From Haliotis cracherodii (lineage: Eukaryota): a stretch of DNA of 60,300 nt. A program made the translations under genes and the position numbers. The stretch covers positions 9,489,701 to 9,550,000 of the forward strand of contig NW_027266273.1 of the NCBI RefSeq assembly GCF_022045235.1, written 5' to 3'. How positions within the stretch are numbered: the first letter of the stretch is position 1; each line of letters begins with the position of its first letter. The notes under the pieces are model-generated. The model was not told the origin of the DNA. It worked only from the letters and a program-made list of their open reading frames with translations, and ran no database searches. This document shows, in pieces, positions 25,563 to 37,757 of this stretch.

Positions 25563-27397
25563 GATCCTGTGTGTTTTGCAGACGATATGGAAGCGATCAC
25601 GTGACTATCGTACGATCGAAGGTTTACTGGTTTGAGAGAGACTACGACATACACCTGTCGAAGCGCCGGACAGACTTGATAAACTGATGTAATCTTACGT
25701 CAGCTGCGTTGTGGCCGACAGTGATCACTGCTTCTAATATCGCTGAATCACTCTGCTTATTCAGAATGTTTAGACATATGACCGCACAAGCTCCTCACAG
25801 CGATAGTACGCTCCCGGAGCTCTCTATACCGAGAGTGTAACGAAGGTGTCACACGCGCTGGGAAGGAGCTTGGTGACCGCAATCACAAGGGAGGTAATCC
25901 TGATTAGAGCTATCAGAGAGCTTTATCCGGTCAAGAATCTTGTAGCTAGGGTTCGAATCATTGGCTTGTGGTAGTTCAACATTATATTTATATGATACTT
26001 TTTCTTTCTTTTTTTTTCTTTTTTTTCACAACGGATGTTAATATTTGAAATACTGCATGATGATATCCAGCTCTCTAGCATAAGAAATAATTAGAAAAAT
26101 TAAGATCGAAGTAAAAACAATTGACACCAGTTCGTTCCATCTCATGCATCAGCTGTGATTTCTACAACATACTATACACGAATAAACAAACAATGACACA
26201 AGAAGCAAGCAGACAGAAAAAAATGTAAACACTAATTTGCAAAATAAACCACGCAGAAACGCAAAGATACATACATAGATACATATATACCCACCCAGAA
26301 ACCTACATGTACATTGCTCGTGAGCAAGTTTAGTTTAACGCTGCTTTAAACTGTTACAGTATTCCAGTTGTATCACGGCGTGTCTTCATCATGTCGTTGA
26401 AAATTCCGAAGACGTTTACCGCTGTGGTGAAACCCAAGAGCACAGGTATGTTGCTGACAATCCTTGGAACCTAATGTTTGTTTGTTTGTTTATTTGTAGT
26501 TTAACACCGCAGTGGACCGCGCCAATCAGAAACAGACAATCCAGTGATTGACATCATGATACAACATGCATCAACCAAGTCAGCGAACCTGACCACCCGA
26601 TCCCGTTAGTGGCCTCTTACCACAAGCACAGTCGCCTGTTACGGCAAGCATGGGTTGCTGAAGACCTATTCTACCCCCGATCTGGAACCTAATGATGGTA
26701 AACGGGAACTCGAACCCGTGACCATAGGTTAATTTCCCATAGATGAATGGACCACCTGTTACCGAGTCTGCACTGAAATAGGGGAGATTGCGGAATGGGA
26801 TACTGGAGTAAAACACACCAATCATAAGTGGCTAACTGCCGGAAGTTAATTGAAATGGCGCTTGCTCTATTTGAGGATAGAATTTAACGTCGCATCGGCA
26901 TTATTTTAGCCATATAGCGACCTGTATCTGTGAGTTTACTTCACGTATACTGGGAATGTAAATTTTCTATAAAAAATGAATTTTGGTTGAAAATTGAAAA
27001 ATTAACTAACTTTACCTGTAAACATAATCTGACGAAAATGGAAATATTATTTTGCCATATTCCTAGTTTACTCTTAATTCATATCATTCTTATGGCCAAA
27101 ACAACATGTACATGTAGGCAGCATCAAAAACAGTATCCTGACACTAGAAGCAGTCCTTGTGTGGACAGGAAAACAAGCTGGAAAGGTTTATAGCTGTTAA
27201 GAAGGATCTATTAACTAAATTTGAGTGAGAATGCAAGCCACTGAACACTAGTTTACACTGTGAAGCTAAGATTACAACACAAAAATACAATTATGGGATA
27301 CATCTGAAGTTGGTATGTATCACACTTCGGGTTTGTTGTTATTAGTGACGTATTCGGCATACACAATACAAGTTCGTCTGCGGGTCCACAACTGTTT

Positions 27398-27690
27398 GAC
27401 AGCCTCCGTGGTCTAGTGGTAGAGCGTCCCCCGGAGAGCGGAAGGTCCGGGGTTAAATCCAAAAGACGTTAAGGATGGTATTTGTTGTTACCCTGCCTGG
27501 CGCTCGGCGTTAAGGGGCTAAAACAAGGACTGGTCGGCCCGGAGTCAGAAAATTGTGTCTGAGTGGGGTATCCATCTTAAACTGCGACATGGTATCTCAG
27601 TGGTCTAGCACTATAAGTCGGCATCAATCCGGGGTAGTACAAGCGCAATAATCTTGGATACAACGTTAAGCCCCATTTCACCACACCTCA
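27398..27690 (+). mobile_element. tRNA-derived SINE, family 3
   Basis: Head GACAGCCTCCGTGGTCTAGTGGTAGAGCG, shared central block and CACC/CTCAC tail. Confidence 0.8.
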
Positions 27691-27872
27691 CAACAACCGT
27701 TTAGATAACACATCTGATTGGAATCAGGTCTAAACACTCCAAGGTCTGTTGCCTGGTCACTTATAGTCCCCAGCTTCATCTCCAGAGTTGTCTTCCCCTT
27801 GTTCACACCCCGTGTACCTCGAACTATTGACCAGGTTATGATCTCCAGATGTGGATAATAGATGCTTGATAA

Positions 27873-28197
27873 CCCTGGAGATCCGGGGTAGAATAAGTCT
27901 TCAGCAACCCATGCTTGCTGTAAAAGGCGACTATGCTTGTAAGAGGCGACTAATGGGATCGGGTAGTCAGGCTCGCTGACTTGGTTGATGCATGTCATCG
28001 TATCCCAATTGCGTGGATCGATGCTCGATTTTCTTTTATAATGAAGACCCCAGCACCAACAGGATAGGATGCTGGGCACTTGGACGGTGGATGCAGTCAG
28101 TCACTGCGCGCATTGTCTGGTCCAGACTCGATTATTTACAGACCGCCGTCATATAGCTGGAATATTGCTGAGTGCGGCGTTAAACAACAAACAAACA
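27873..28197 (+). mobile_element. SINE-like repeat, family 2 (with internal replacement)
   Basis: The 5' part including two GGCGACTA units and the 3' tail match the other copies. Confidence 0.75.
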
Positions 28198-28925
28198 ATA
28201 CAGATGCTTGATGACGGTATAAGAACCTACATGAAACGTCGCTACATGCAATAAACAAGACGCTGTTAACAATAAAGTTGTACGTTTTCTTAGATGTGGA
28301 GTGCTTGACCACTGTCACCCTTTGTTCAAAGTGTTAAATTATTACCATATATAGGATATAATCTCCAGACCTACTGACCAGGAAGTACTCTCCAGTGCTT
28401 GACCGATGCAAGCCTTGGTGCCAAGAGTTAATGCTGATTCCCTGACCAGGAAATAGAATGAAGACATGGGACATATCACCTGCTATAAATGCCTAGTTGT
28501 GTGTGCCGTGTTGTCAACATACAGCTGTGCTTGCCCCATCTGCGGGTGTGATTGAGGACGATATACGTTTCCAACTGACGGGTGCATACCTAGTGCGGAA
28601 GCCATTTGCATAATTCGTGGCGGAACAGTCAAGCCTATCCGCCACCTGTCGGACACATCCTATTGTCTTCTATGTATTTTAAGTGCGTTTCGACTCCCTG
28701 TCCATCCCGCATTCTTATGAACCTAATGAAGCACCCCGAAAATGAGCAATTTCAGTTAGTGGGCGAGTATGGTTTTACGCCGCTTTTAGCAATCTTCACG
28801 CAATATCACGGCGTGGGACACCAGAAAAGGCTTTCACACTTTGTACCCATTTGGGGAATAGAACACGGGACTTCTGCGTGACGAGCGAACGTTTTAACCA
28901 CCAGGCTACCCCACCTCCCCCCCCC

Positions 28926-29350
28926 CCGTGACCAACTCGTGTTATTCCGGTACAAGCCGAATAGCGACTCGTGCCCCTCTCATGGCCATTTTTGCGACCG
29001 GGTTCCGTCTTAGCGCAAACGGGCATACCTAAAACAATTGTCAACTCGTTGCGTAATGGTTCATATATATTTCCCCATATATCATATATATTTCAAATGT
29101 AATTTAAAACACATCGGGATTTGCGGAATTATACAGTATGATTGAACACATTTAACTGTGTCTTGGGTATATGTTTAGATGCAAGACATATGTAAAATCA
29201 AAAATTATATATTCTGAGGGATTCTTTGACGCAGATCTTGAAATCATACGCGCATTCTGATGTGGTTTGTCGTATTTTCGCGCATAACATTCATCGATAG
29301 GGGGACGAGTCTTCGTGCAGGTTACGGAAAGGGGCGAGTGGTGATGAATG
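28926..29350. mobile_element. MITE-C copy
   Basis: Highly similar to 52081-52478. Its left end is overlapped by the adjacent SINE poly-C. Confidence 0.8.
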
Positions 29351-29530
29351 ATGACGAAGGGGATGTGGAGCTGGTAATGACAACATCGTAAATTTTCGTG
29401 TATACAACCCCATAGACGAACATCAGTGAATTATTCTATGCGATTTATTCCTCGTATATATGAGACCAATGTCACACCGTGAATACAAGAAACGTGGGTC
29501 ACATGCTCCGCACAAGGCAGTATCCGACAC

Positions 29531-32500
29531 CTAACACTGGAGCTTGTCCATTTCACCGATGTTGACAGTTTGGCCGTTAGTCAGCATCTTGCCGTTGTTG
29601 TCGGCGCAGAAGCAGACAGAGCCCGTGCACTGTTTCTTGTTGTAGCTGCCTTTGCTGTCGCAGAAGAAGAGTTTGCCGATGAGGCCGGTCTTCAGGTAGG
29701 CGGCTTTATCCCGAGCACACGCTTAAAAAAGTAGTCAATAAAAACAACGGTCAACAAAAACAACGGTCAACATTAACTCCGAACATTTCTATTTGTATTT
29801 CATATGATACAGTGACACCTTGTGGTCCCGTTAAACCTGAAACCTCAGATTTTGGACGAGAAGTGAAGGCAACACTTACATGGGAACATTCCGCGTTACT
29901 CATGACTCGTTAATCCGGACATTTGGTAACTCAGTCGATTCAATACGGGAACGGATCAACGGGTTTTACTAGATATTCCATACTTTAATGTAAAAAGAAA
30001 ATATGATGGCCGAATTGACGGATGACCTCCATTGATCTGGTGAGAGTTATTTTACGTCGCAGGCAGCAATATTACAGCGTGGTTACCATGCCGTTTCAAT
30101 TTAAAAGTTAAGGCCTGATATTTATTATTAGCACGGTGAATATAGAACAGCTAAACCACGTTGTCAAATACTTACTGCAGTCCATGTTGCCTGCGTCCGC
30201 GACGGATTTGGTGTAGTAGCCGAGGTCGTTACCGTCTTGGTCAACACAGAAGCACCATCTGAAACAGGTATTTAAGAAAGTGATGGGGCATGATGATATT
30301 CAGTGGCCAAGTCATTTCTGACTTGATTTAACACTGCTTTGAACATTATGTTAAATTTATGTCTGGCGTAAATATTCACATCTTCCCGAGGCAAAGGATT
30401 TAAGTGAACATAAAAATCCATTTTCCACCCTTGGATGGAATCAAGGAGTTTTATTTTACCTGGACTAACAAGACTATACATAGTAAAACAAATAAAACAC
30501 AATTCACTTATTAAAGTGAGCTTCGGAAGACAACTCGCCAACACCGTGCCAAAATAGTGAGGGTATTCTAAAATTCTGCTGTCTACCAAAACCGAGGGAA
30601 AGTGTTTTTCCCTACTTATAAACCGAAAAAAGAAACTTAAAACAACATTGATCAACATTTTTATGTTTCGAACATACTTTCAATGAACATTAGGAAACGC
30701 GCGTAAAATATCTGTTACTCTCGTATGGATCTTGAAAAGGACATTCTAAAAACCCTTAGGCTGATCAACACCTCTGTAGCCTCGTGGTACACTCACTGGG
30801 CTAAAAATATGAAGGATGCGAGTTCGATCCTCCGTAATATAAAGAAAACATTTGTCATTTGATTTTACATTTCGTTACATGTTACAATCTGAACAGAAGT
30901 TACATTAATAAAATATCCAGGACATTACATAAAATTCCTGGGATATTATAGCAAATATGACTTGGATATCCTATAAAATCCCAGGGACATTACAACGTCC
31001 CTGTTTATGAGATTTAACCTGACTGGAAAGTAAAACCTCACAATAGGTTTTAATGCCTGTAGAAAGAAATCTCATACTTAAAAGGGATCCCAATGAATAG
31101 GTTTATAAGAGGGCTATAAGGACTTCGCAGTGTGGTACGCGGAACGCACAAAATCGTATTTGGTACGCAGATTCAAGAGCGAGAGTTTTCTTTTACAAAT
31201 TTCGAAATATAATTTTAAATATTTTGATTAAATATTTTGGGAAATTATTTTATTGCAAATAAAATTTGACAAACAAAGAGTTTGTCACAGTGTTGATGTA
31301 TCACATCAAATATTTTCTTGTTGAATATGTATCAAGAAATGAATGAGTGAGGACGAGAAGCCATTTTAAATCATATCACGGCATGTGTCAACAAGAATGT
31401 GGTTCACAGAGTGTATCAGATTATATCCTGATCTGGAATTTGGTTTGAAGATAGGATATGTTTCGGTCAGTTCTTAAAAATACACTTTTCTTTTTCACAG
31501 AAGGGAAATATATCTTTTTCAACAGCAATTCTTTTAGGACATCCCTAATGGCCAGCGAAATATTTATTTTATTTTTGTAAAATCTGAGGAAAAAATGCTT
31601 CGTTTTTAAAATCCCATTGTACGATATCAGATTCTGTTATGAAAAGGAAGATGTTAGTTTTAAGCTCGTTTGACGCTGTTACATTTTTTAAAAATATTTC
31701 AAATTCACGTGAGAGAAACATTCTGTGGTAACGGAGAGCATTTTGTTTGTTTTTTTCTTCTTTTGTTTAACGCCGCATTCTATTCCAACTATATGAGGGC
31801 GGCCTATAAATAATGGAGCCTGGGTCCAGCCAGTAATTTCTATTATGAGCGAGGAATCCTTGCTGGGGTTAGTGATTGAGAGATTGTAAGATATTGAGTG
31901 AGATTTAGATAACGACGTCACTTTCAAACGACTCTACGGTAGCTAGAAAGTTGGGATATAATGCCCTGGACAATCGAGGATGTCACGCTGAACCTACCTA
32001 GTTATCATGCACTGTTTAGGCTTGAATGTCCCGTCAGTCTCACACTGTAGATCAATATCTCCGGGTCTAATCTGATCCTGAGCAAGGAACTCCTGGTGAC
32101 GCAGAGCACAGGGCCCTGCTAGGGCAAGGAAAGATGGAAGAACTTGTCAGTTGTTGGTGTATTAGTCTTTATACTGTCTCTCATAATCAACCATCACCCA
32201 CTTGACATACACTGACGGGCAAAGGAAAGTATACAGTTGGAAATTGGATTTGAATAAACCATTACACACGTTATCAAAACGTCACTAGATTGAAAACAGT
32301 CGCCGAAAACTGCAAACTTGAGATCCAAAACCACAACTGTGATACCCGCATAAATCATCCAATAACCACTTCTTGTTTGTTTCATTTCAACATCAAACAT
32401 GGGTTTAAACTTTCTCTCTTTTGTCCTACAGTATATTCTCCTTGCTATTCTTACAACTGTGTTTTGATTAAAGGACATAGTATTGCTATGTACCCACTAA

Positions 32501-34076
32501 CATAACATGACCAATATTGAAATATAACGACAATTTAAATTTAACAGGCTTTCAAATCAATATGCTACTGTAGCTCGAGAAACATAATGAAATCATATTT
32601 CAAGAAATACTAAAAATAATATTTTCCATTAACTATATCCTTGAGAGACTTTGTACTTTTAGATTGATTCTAATTTACAAGAGAATAGTAAGATCAAACA
32701 ATTATTGAAATAAAACCCCAATTATAATTAATTTTCCAGGGGCAACGTGAATTAAAAAAACGTCATTCAATCAGTTGAATAGTGTTAAGGACGTTCTCGG
32801 GTGCTTAATCATCTACTGTCCAAGTTATTTCAAAAGGTTAAGATGTAGAAATGAGTAGACATAAATCAAATGGTTTAAGTTACCTGTGCTTCTTGTGTTT
32901 TTGACACAGGTATGAGAAGAAGTATCACAGTGAAGACCCTTGCCACACTCCACATCACTGGCGCTGGCGTCACACGAGTCGCCGGCAGCTTCCGGCGGAA
33001 AGACATGACAGGTTAGAGAACAGTGCAGTGAGCAAATGAGAGGAGGTGAGTGAGTGACTGAGTGAGTGAGTGCGTGAGTTGGGTTAAACACCATCTTGAT
33101 CTGTATCTTAGTTATATCACGTCGTGTCAGCTTAATGTGGGAGGAAAGCCCAAACTGATGCAGGTCTCAGACGTTTACTTCTTTGGTGGAACCCACGAGC
33201 AGGTAGAGATGCTGACAAACCTTGAAACAATCAGGGCGACCCGAGATTCGAACCCACGATCACAAGTTATTGCCACACATGGGGACGTAACTTTGTAGAA
33301 CGAATTGCGATGCCCGGGACAACTGGGACACTGCAATTAAAGATTTTATAAACTGCCTAAGGAAATAGTATTTGTTTTATCTTAAATTACTCGCAATATT
33401 TAACTCTGTTACGAACATGTAGAACTACAGTAAACTACGTTTATAACACGCATATAAAGAACTGACGGACATTACGAACTGTTTGTTTTGGTCCCGCCCA
33501 TTTGCTGAAAATGGGTTGTATATATGCGTATAACGAACTACGGTTATAACGAACTAAAATTAGTGGTCCCTTTTAGTTCGTTATAACCGTAGTTTACTGC
33601 ACTCTTTTACCGCTCTAAAGAAGTGTTTGGCCAAAATTATACTTTCAGGAGGGTAGCACTTATACATTGTGGCACTGATGGGAAAACAAGGAAGTATGGG
33701 AATGTAAAGTATTTTGAGTGAGTGAGTGAGTGAGTTTAATCTGGAGAACGTGGCGTCTAATCCATGACTAGCAGATTCAAGCAGTCAAGAAGCGAAACTC
33801 TATACAGCGAGAACTGGCGCCACACACCAGGGGCCTACCGTGTCCGGATTGTCAGAAAAGGAAAAAAACATTTACACATTACTTACAGAGTTGCTTGACA
33901 CAGATCGGACAACAGCCACAGAAGCCGCCATGTGGCTCTATACGCCCGTCGCATCCTTGGGCAGACATGCACAGCACCACCATACACGTTGTGGGGGAAC
34001 AGACGGGGGTCAGGGGGAGGCCATTCTGGCCCAGGGCACTAGCAACGAATACAGAAAACACAACCAGCAGTTTCAT
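29531..34076 (-). CDS. secreted Cys-rich protein E: signal peptide + IGFBP-N-like domain + two thyroglobulin type-1 domains (228 aa, 5 exons)
   Basis: Exons 34076-33887, 32988-32884, 32115-31998, 30258-30176 and 29721-29531 total 687 nt and are in frame across GT-AG introns. Motifs: MKLLVVFSVFVASALG signal; GGFCGCCPICVKQLSAGDSC...ECGKGLHC; CETDGTFKPKQC..RWCFCVDQDG; CDSKGSYNKKQCTGSVCFCADNNG. Confidence 0.88.
30840..31103. repeat. dispersed repeat containing a degenerate 21-bp tandem; inverted copy at 35440-35727
   Basis: Reverse-complement match, including GGGATCCCAATGAATAGGTT and (GGGATTTTATATAATATCCCA)-like units. Confidence 0.7.
33428..33599. mobile_element. small Tc1/pogo-type MITE
   Basis: TIR CAGTAAACTACG.TTATAAC / GTTATAACCGTAGTTTACTG; preceded by TA, with the right flank CA (imperfect TSD). 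Confidence 0.7.
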
Positions 34077-34221
34077 TGTGGAATTTCAGACGAACTGCGA
34101 AACAGAAGGTGCGTGCCTTTTATTACCTTTTCAATACAGGCCGCGTGAAAATGGTGACTGATAAACATTTGTCTGGCAATGATCAGTCACGTGACATGGC
34201 GACGGAAGTGCATTTATTATC

Positions 34222-34610
34222 TTGATTAGCCCGAAGGTACACATTCTTCCCGAGGCAAGGGAGTTAACTGACTATGAAAGTGCAGTTTCCATCCTTGCCG
34301 AACTATGCTGGAAATATGACGTTGCATTTTGGCTGGACTAACGAGTCTTCGTAGTCCAATCAAAATCGCATAACGACATCGACATCCGGTTCATGAACAA
34401 CAAGGCGACTGACATGCAGATATCGGTCGATTGCAGGATTTGCTGAGCTTGTGTACCGTCAAATGGACGTCCAGAGTTATTTTGCAAATATTTTCATGTT
34501 TTTCATCAAGGTGCTCAAGCGAGTTGATGTACTTGGCGAAGTAAAACCCGTTTTATTATTATCTATTAGATCGTCTTAGCTCAGCGCAGCCATTTTGTTT
34601 TTAAACAAAT
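34222..34610. mobile_element. diverged partial MITE-A relative
   Basis: TCTTCCCGAGGCAAGGGAGTTAACTGACTAT...GTTTCCATCCTTGCCGAACTA matches the MITE-A TIR; no second end seen. A more degenerate relative lies at about 14235-14615. Confidence 0.6.
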
Positions 34611-36140
34611 GTAAGTGAGTGAGTGAGAGAGTTTTTACGTCGCTTTCAGCAGTATCATGGAGTGGGACATCACAATTGTACCTCTTTGGGGAACCCTGGA
34701 GAACACACACACTCTTAAGTGAATTATTTACTTCGACGAATTTACAACACTATGCCCTAATTATGGTGACACGCATCTATGGCTGGTTTCCGCACATGAA
34801 GGAAAAAGAAGAAACACCTATTTTAGCGACATCGTCTACAGAACCGAGGTTGAAAGTCTATCAGGATGCCTTGAGCAAACTTGCATCTTTTAATATAGGC
34901 ACTAGGAATCAAACAAATTTCAGCTTTCTTAGCCTTATGGGTCAATCAGTCCACCCTTTGGATGACATTAGCGTGAAAATTCATCTAATAGCTCATCCAA
35001 GCAAGAGGCCGATTTATCAAGGAGGAAAGTTTGGATAAAGCAATGTCAGCGAGGAGGAAGATGGAAACCGACTGGTTGGTTGGTTTGTTGTTTTACGCCG
35101 CACTCAGCAATGTTCCAGCTACATGGCGGCGGTCTTTAAATAATCGACCCTGGACCAAATAATCCAGTGATTGATATCATGAGCATCGACCACGCTATTA
35201 GGAGCGATGACATGCTTCAACCAGGTCAGCGAGCCTGACCACCCGATTACGTTTGTCGCCTCTTACGACAAACATAGTCGCCTCACTCACTCGCTCACCT
35301 AAATGCGTCGTCGCTGCTTCGCTTTTATCAACGCAAATGGTGGCTACACCCGATATTGACATTGTTAAGTGAGTTTTAGGGCATGTCGCTCTGTCTCCTT
35401 CTGGAGGCAAGGGAGGCAAGGGAATTAACTGACCTTATCAACCTATTCATTGGGATCTCTATTAAGTAAGAGACTTCTTTCTACAGGCATTAAGACCTAT
35501 TGTGGGGTTTTACTTTCCAGTCGGGCTAAATCTCATAAACAGGGACGTTGTAATGTCCCTGGGATTTTATATAATTTCCCAGTGATATTATATAATATCC
35601 CAGTGATATTATATAATATCCCAGGGATTTTATATAATGTCCTTGGTATTTTATTAATACAACTTCCGTTCAGATGATTGTAACATGTAATGAAATGTAA
35701 AATCAAATGACAAATGTTTTCTTTATATTCGCCCCCTTGGTTTTTCCCTCTCCCCAGGGCATGCTCTGTCTACCAAAACCTCGTGAGCGTGTTTTCTCCA
35801 ATACATAAAAGCCCAGTTTCCACCCTTGCAGAATAGGTTTGAAATTCTGAGTTATATCATTGGTTGAAAAACGAGACTGTGCATAGTCCATATCGAAACG
35901 AAATCGACAACCCGTACGTAAACAACATGGCGACTGTCGGTCTGTTGCAGCATTTGAAAAGCTTTTGTACCACCAAACTTGTTCATGTTTTTGATTTGAT
36001 GCACGAAGTAAGACAATATTACAATTTTTTACTATATAGATCTTGATTATCAAATCGAAATTCGAAATGCTTTAGGAAAGAGTCGATCAAAATTTCAGGA
36101 AGAACACACAATGATCGGACATTTCTTTCTCATCATCTTT

Positions 36141-36415
36141 GGGGGCACAGGTGGCCCAGTCGTCTAAGGCGCCGAGAGTTGTGCAGAGTTGCGTCCCTTG
36201 GGCACAACCTATGATTGTGGGTTCGAATCCCGGCTCGCCCCGATTATGTTTCTAGGTTAGTCAGCACCATAACCGTGCTCGAGGGTTTCACCGAAGTGGT
36301 AAATGTTTGGGACTTGCATCACTTCGGGCTTTCCTCCCACATTACGCTGACACGCCACGATATAACTTGAACACTGTTAAAAGCGGCGTTAATCCCAACT
36401 CACTCACTCACTCAC
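36141..36415 (+). mobile_element. tRNA-derived SINE, family 4 (tRNA-Leu-like head with long A-B box spacer)
   Basis: GTGGCCCAGTCGTCTAAGGCGCC...GTGGGTTCGAATCCC; TSD tctcatcatctt at 36128-36139 and 36416-36427. Other copies at about 33060-33330, 43190-43410, 43432-43727, 44905-45182, 46816-47010 and 58920-59108. Confidence 0.85.
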
Positions 36416-37757
36416 TCTCATCATCTTGCCGTTGATGTCGGCGCAGAAGTAGACAGAGCCCGTGCACTGTTTCTTGTTGTAGCTGCCTTTGCTGTCGCAG
36501 GAGAAGAGTTTGCCGATGAGGCCGGTCTTCAGGTAGGCGGCTTTATCCCGAGCACACGCTTAAAAAAGTAGTCAATAAAAACAACGGTCAACAAAAACAA
36601 CGGTCAACATCAAATTCTAAATAAGTCTATTTTCAGTTCATATCATATAGTGAAACCTTCTTAGCCTGGACTTAATACGGAAACCTTCTTTCTTGTTTGT
36701 AAAAATATTCTTAAATAAAAATGAATATCCAAAAGTGCTTAATAACTAATCTTAGCTCAAGAATCAGTTTTTAATATCTTATTTTGAACCCAGAACGAGT
36801 GTGTTTTTGTGTCAGGTCCAAAAGCCTAGTGATCGTGTGACTGGTGGTAGATTTGTGAATGAATGACAAGTAGCGCCGTCGTAACCCCTCAGCCAATCAG
36901 GGCCGGTGGGGTAGCCTAGTGGTTAAGCGTTCGCTAGTCAAAGCGAAGGCCCGGGTTCTCTTCCCCACATGTGTACAATGTGTAAAGCCCATTTCTGGTG
37001 TAGTGCCGACGTAACGTCTCAGCCAATCAATTTCTCACTGAGAAACTACCGATACGTTAATTCACCCCTCCCATTTGACTATAAAACAGCTGAACAAAGA
37101 TGCTTATAATAAAAATGTATCTGTTTACTTACTGCAGTCCATGTTGTCTGCGCCAGCGGCGTAGTTGGTGAAGTAGCCGAGGTCGTTACCGTCAGTGTCA
37201 GCACAGTAGCATCTGCAGAAACCAGGTATGTAAAATAGTGAGTTTTATTTTATGCCGCTGACGGTCAAAATATATCACGGCGGCATTTAAAAAGTCGTGT
37301 CTGGACGAGACATATATGTACTTGTGGTTGATATGAACAACGTACCACGCTGTCGGCGCATGATGACACTCAACAAACCAAGTCACCGACCCTGACCACC
37401 CGATCCACTAACGACCAGCATCGGTTACCGGGGACCCATTTTCTATCGTGGGGTCCAAACGAAGTGTATTTATGTAGCACAGCAATGTAACACTAGTTGG
37501 TGAGTGAGTTTGGTTTAACGTCACTTTGAAAAGTATTAAGTTATATCACGGCGTGTCACATTGATTTGTGAGGAAGTGGCGTAGGTGTAACAGGATTACC
37601 AAACTCCTACAATAATCCGAAAAAATCCCTTGTCCATATCTCAAGCATGTGTTTATAAATCGCTATCAAATAGTGACCATACCAGGTGCGAGCAGGTGCA
37701 CGCAGATTACCGGTGGCGCCCACGAGCTTTGGTATCTTGACAACAAATCCATAAATA

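Noticed and set aside
32207-32240. Tc1-like terminus TACACTGACGGGCAAAGGAAAGTATAC
   Set aside because: No matching second end or transposase was found nearby.
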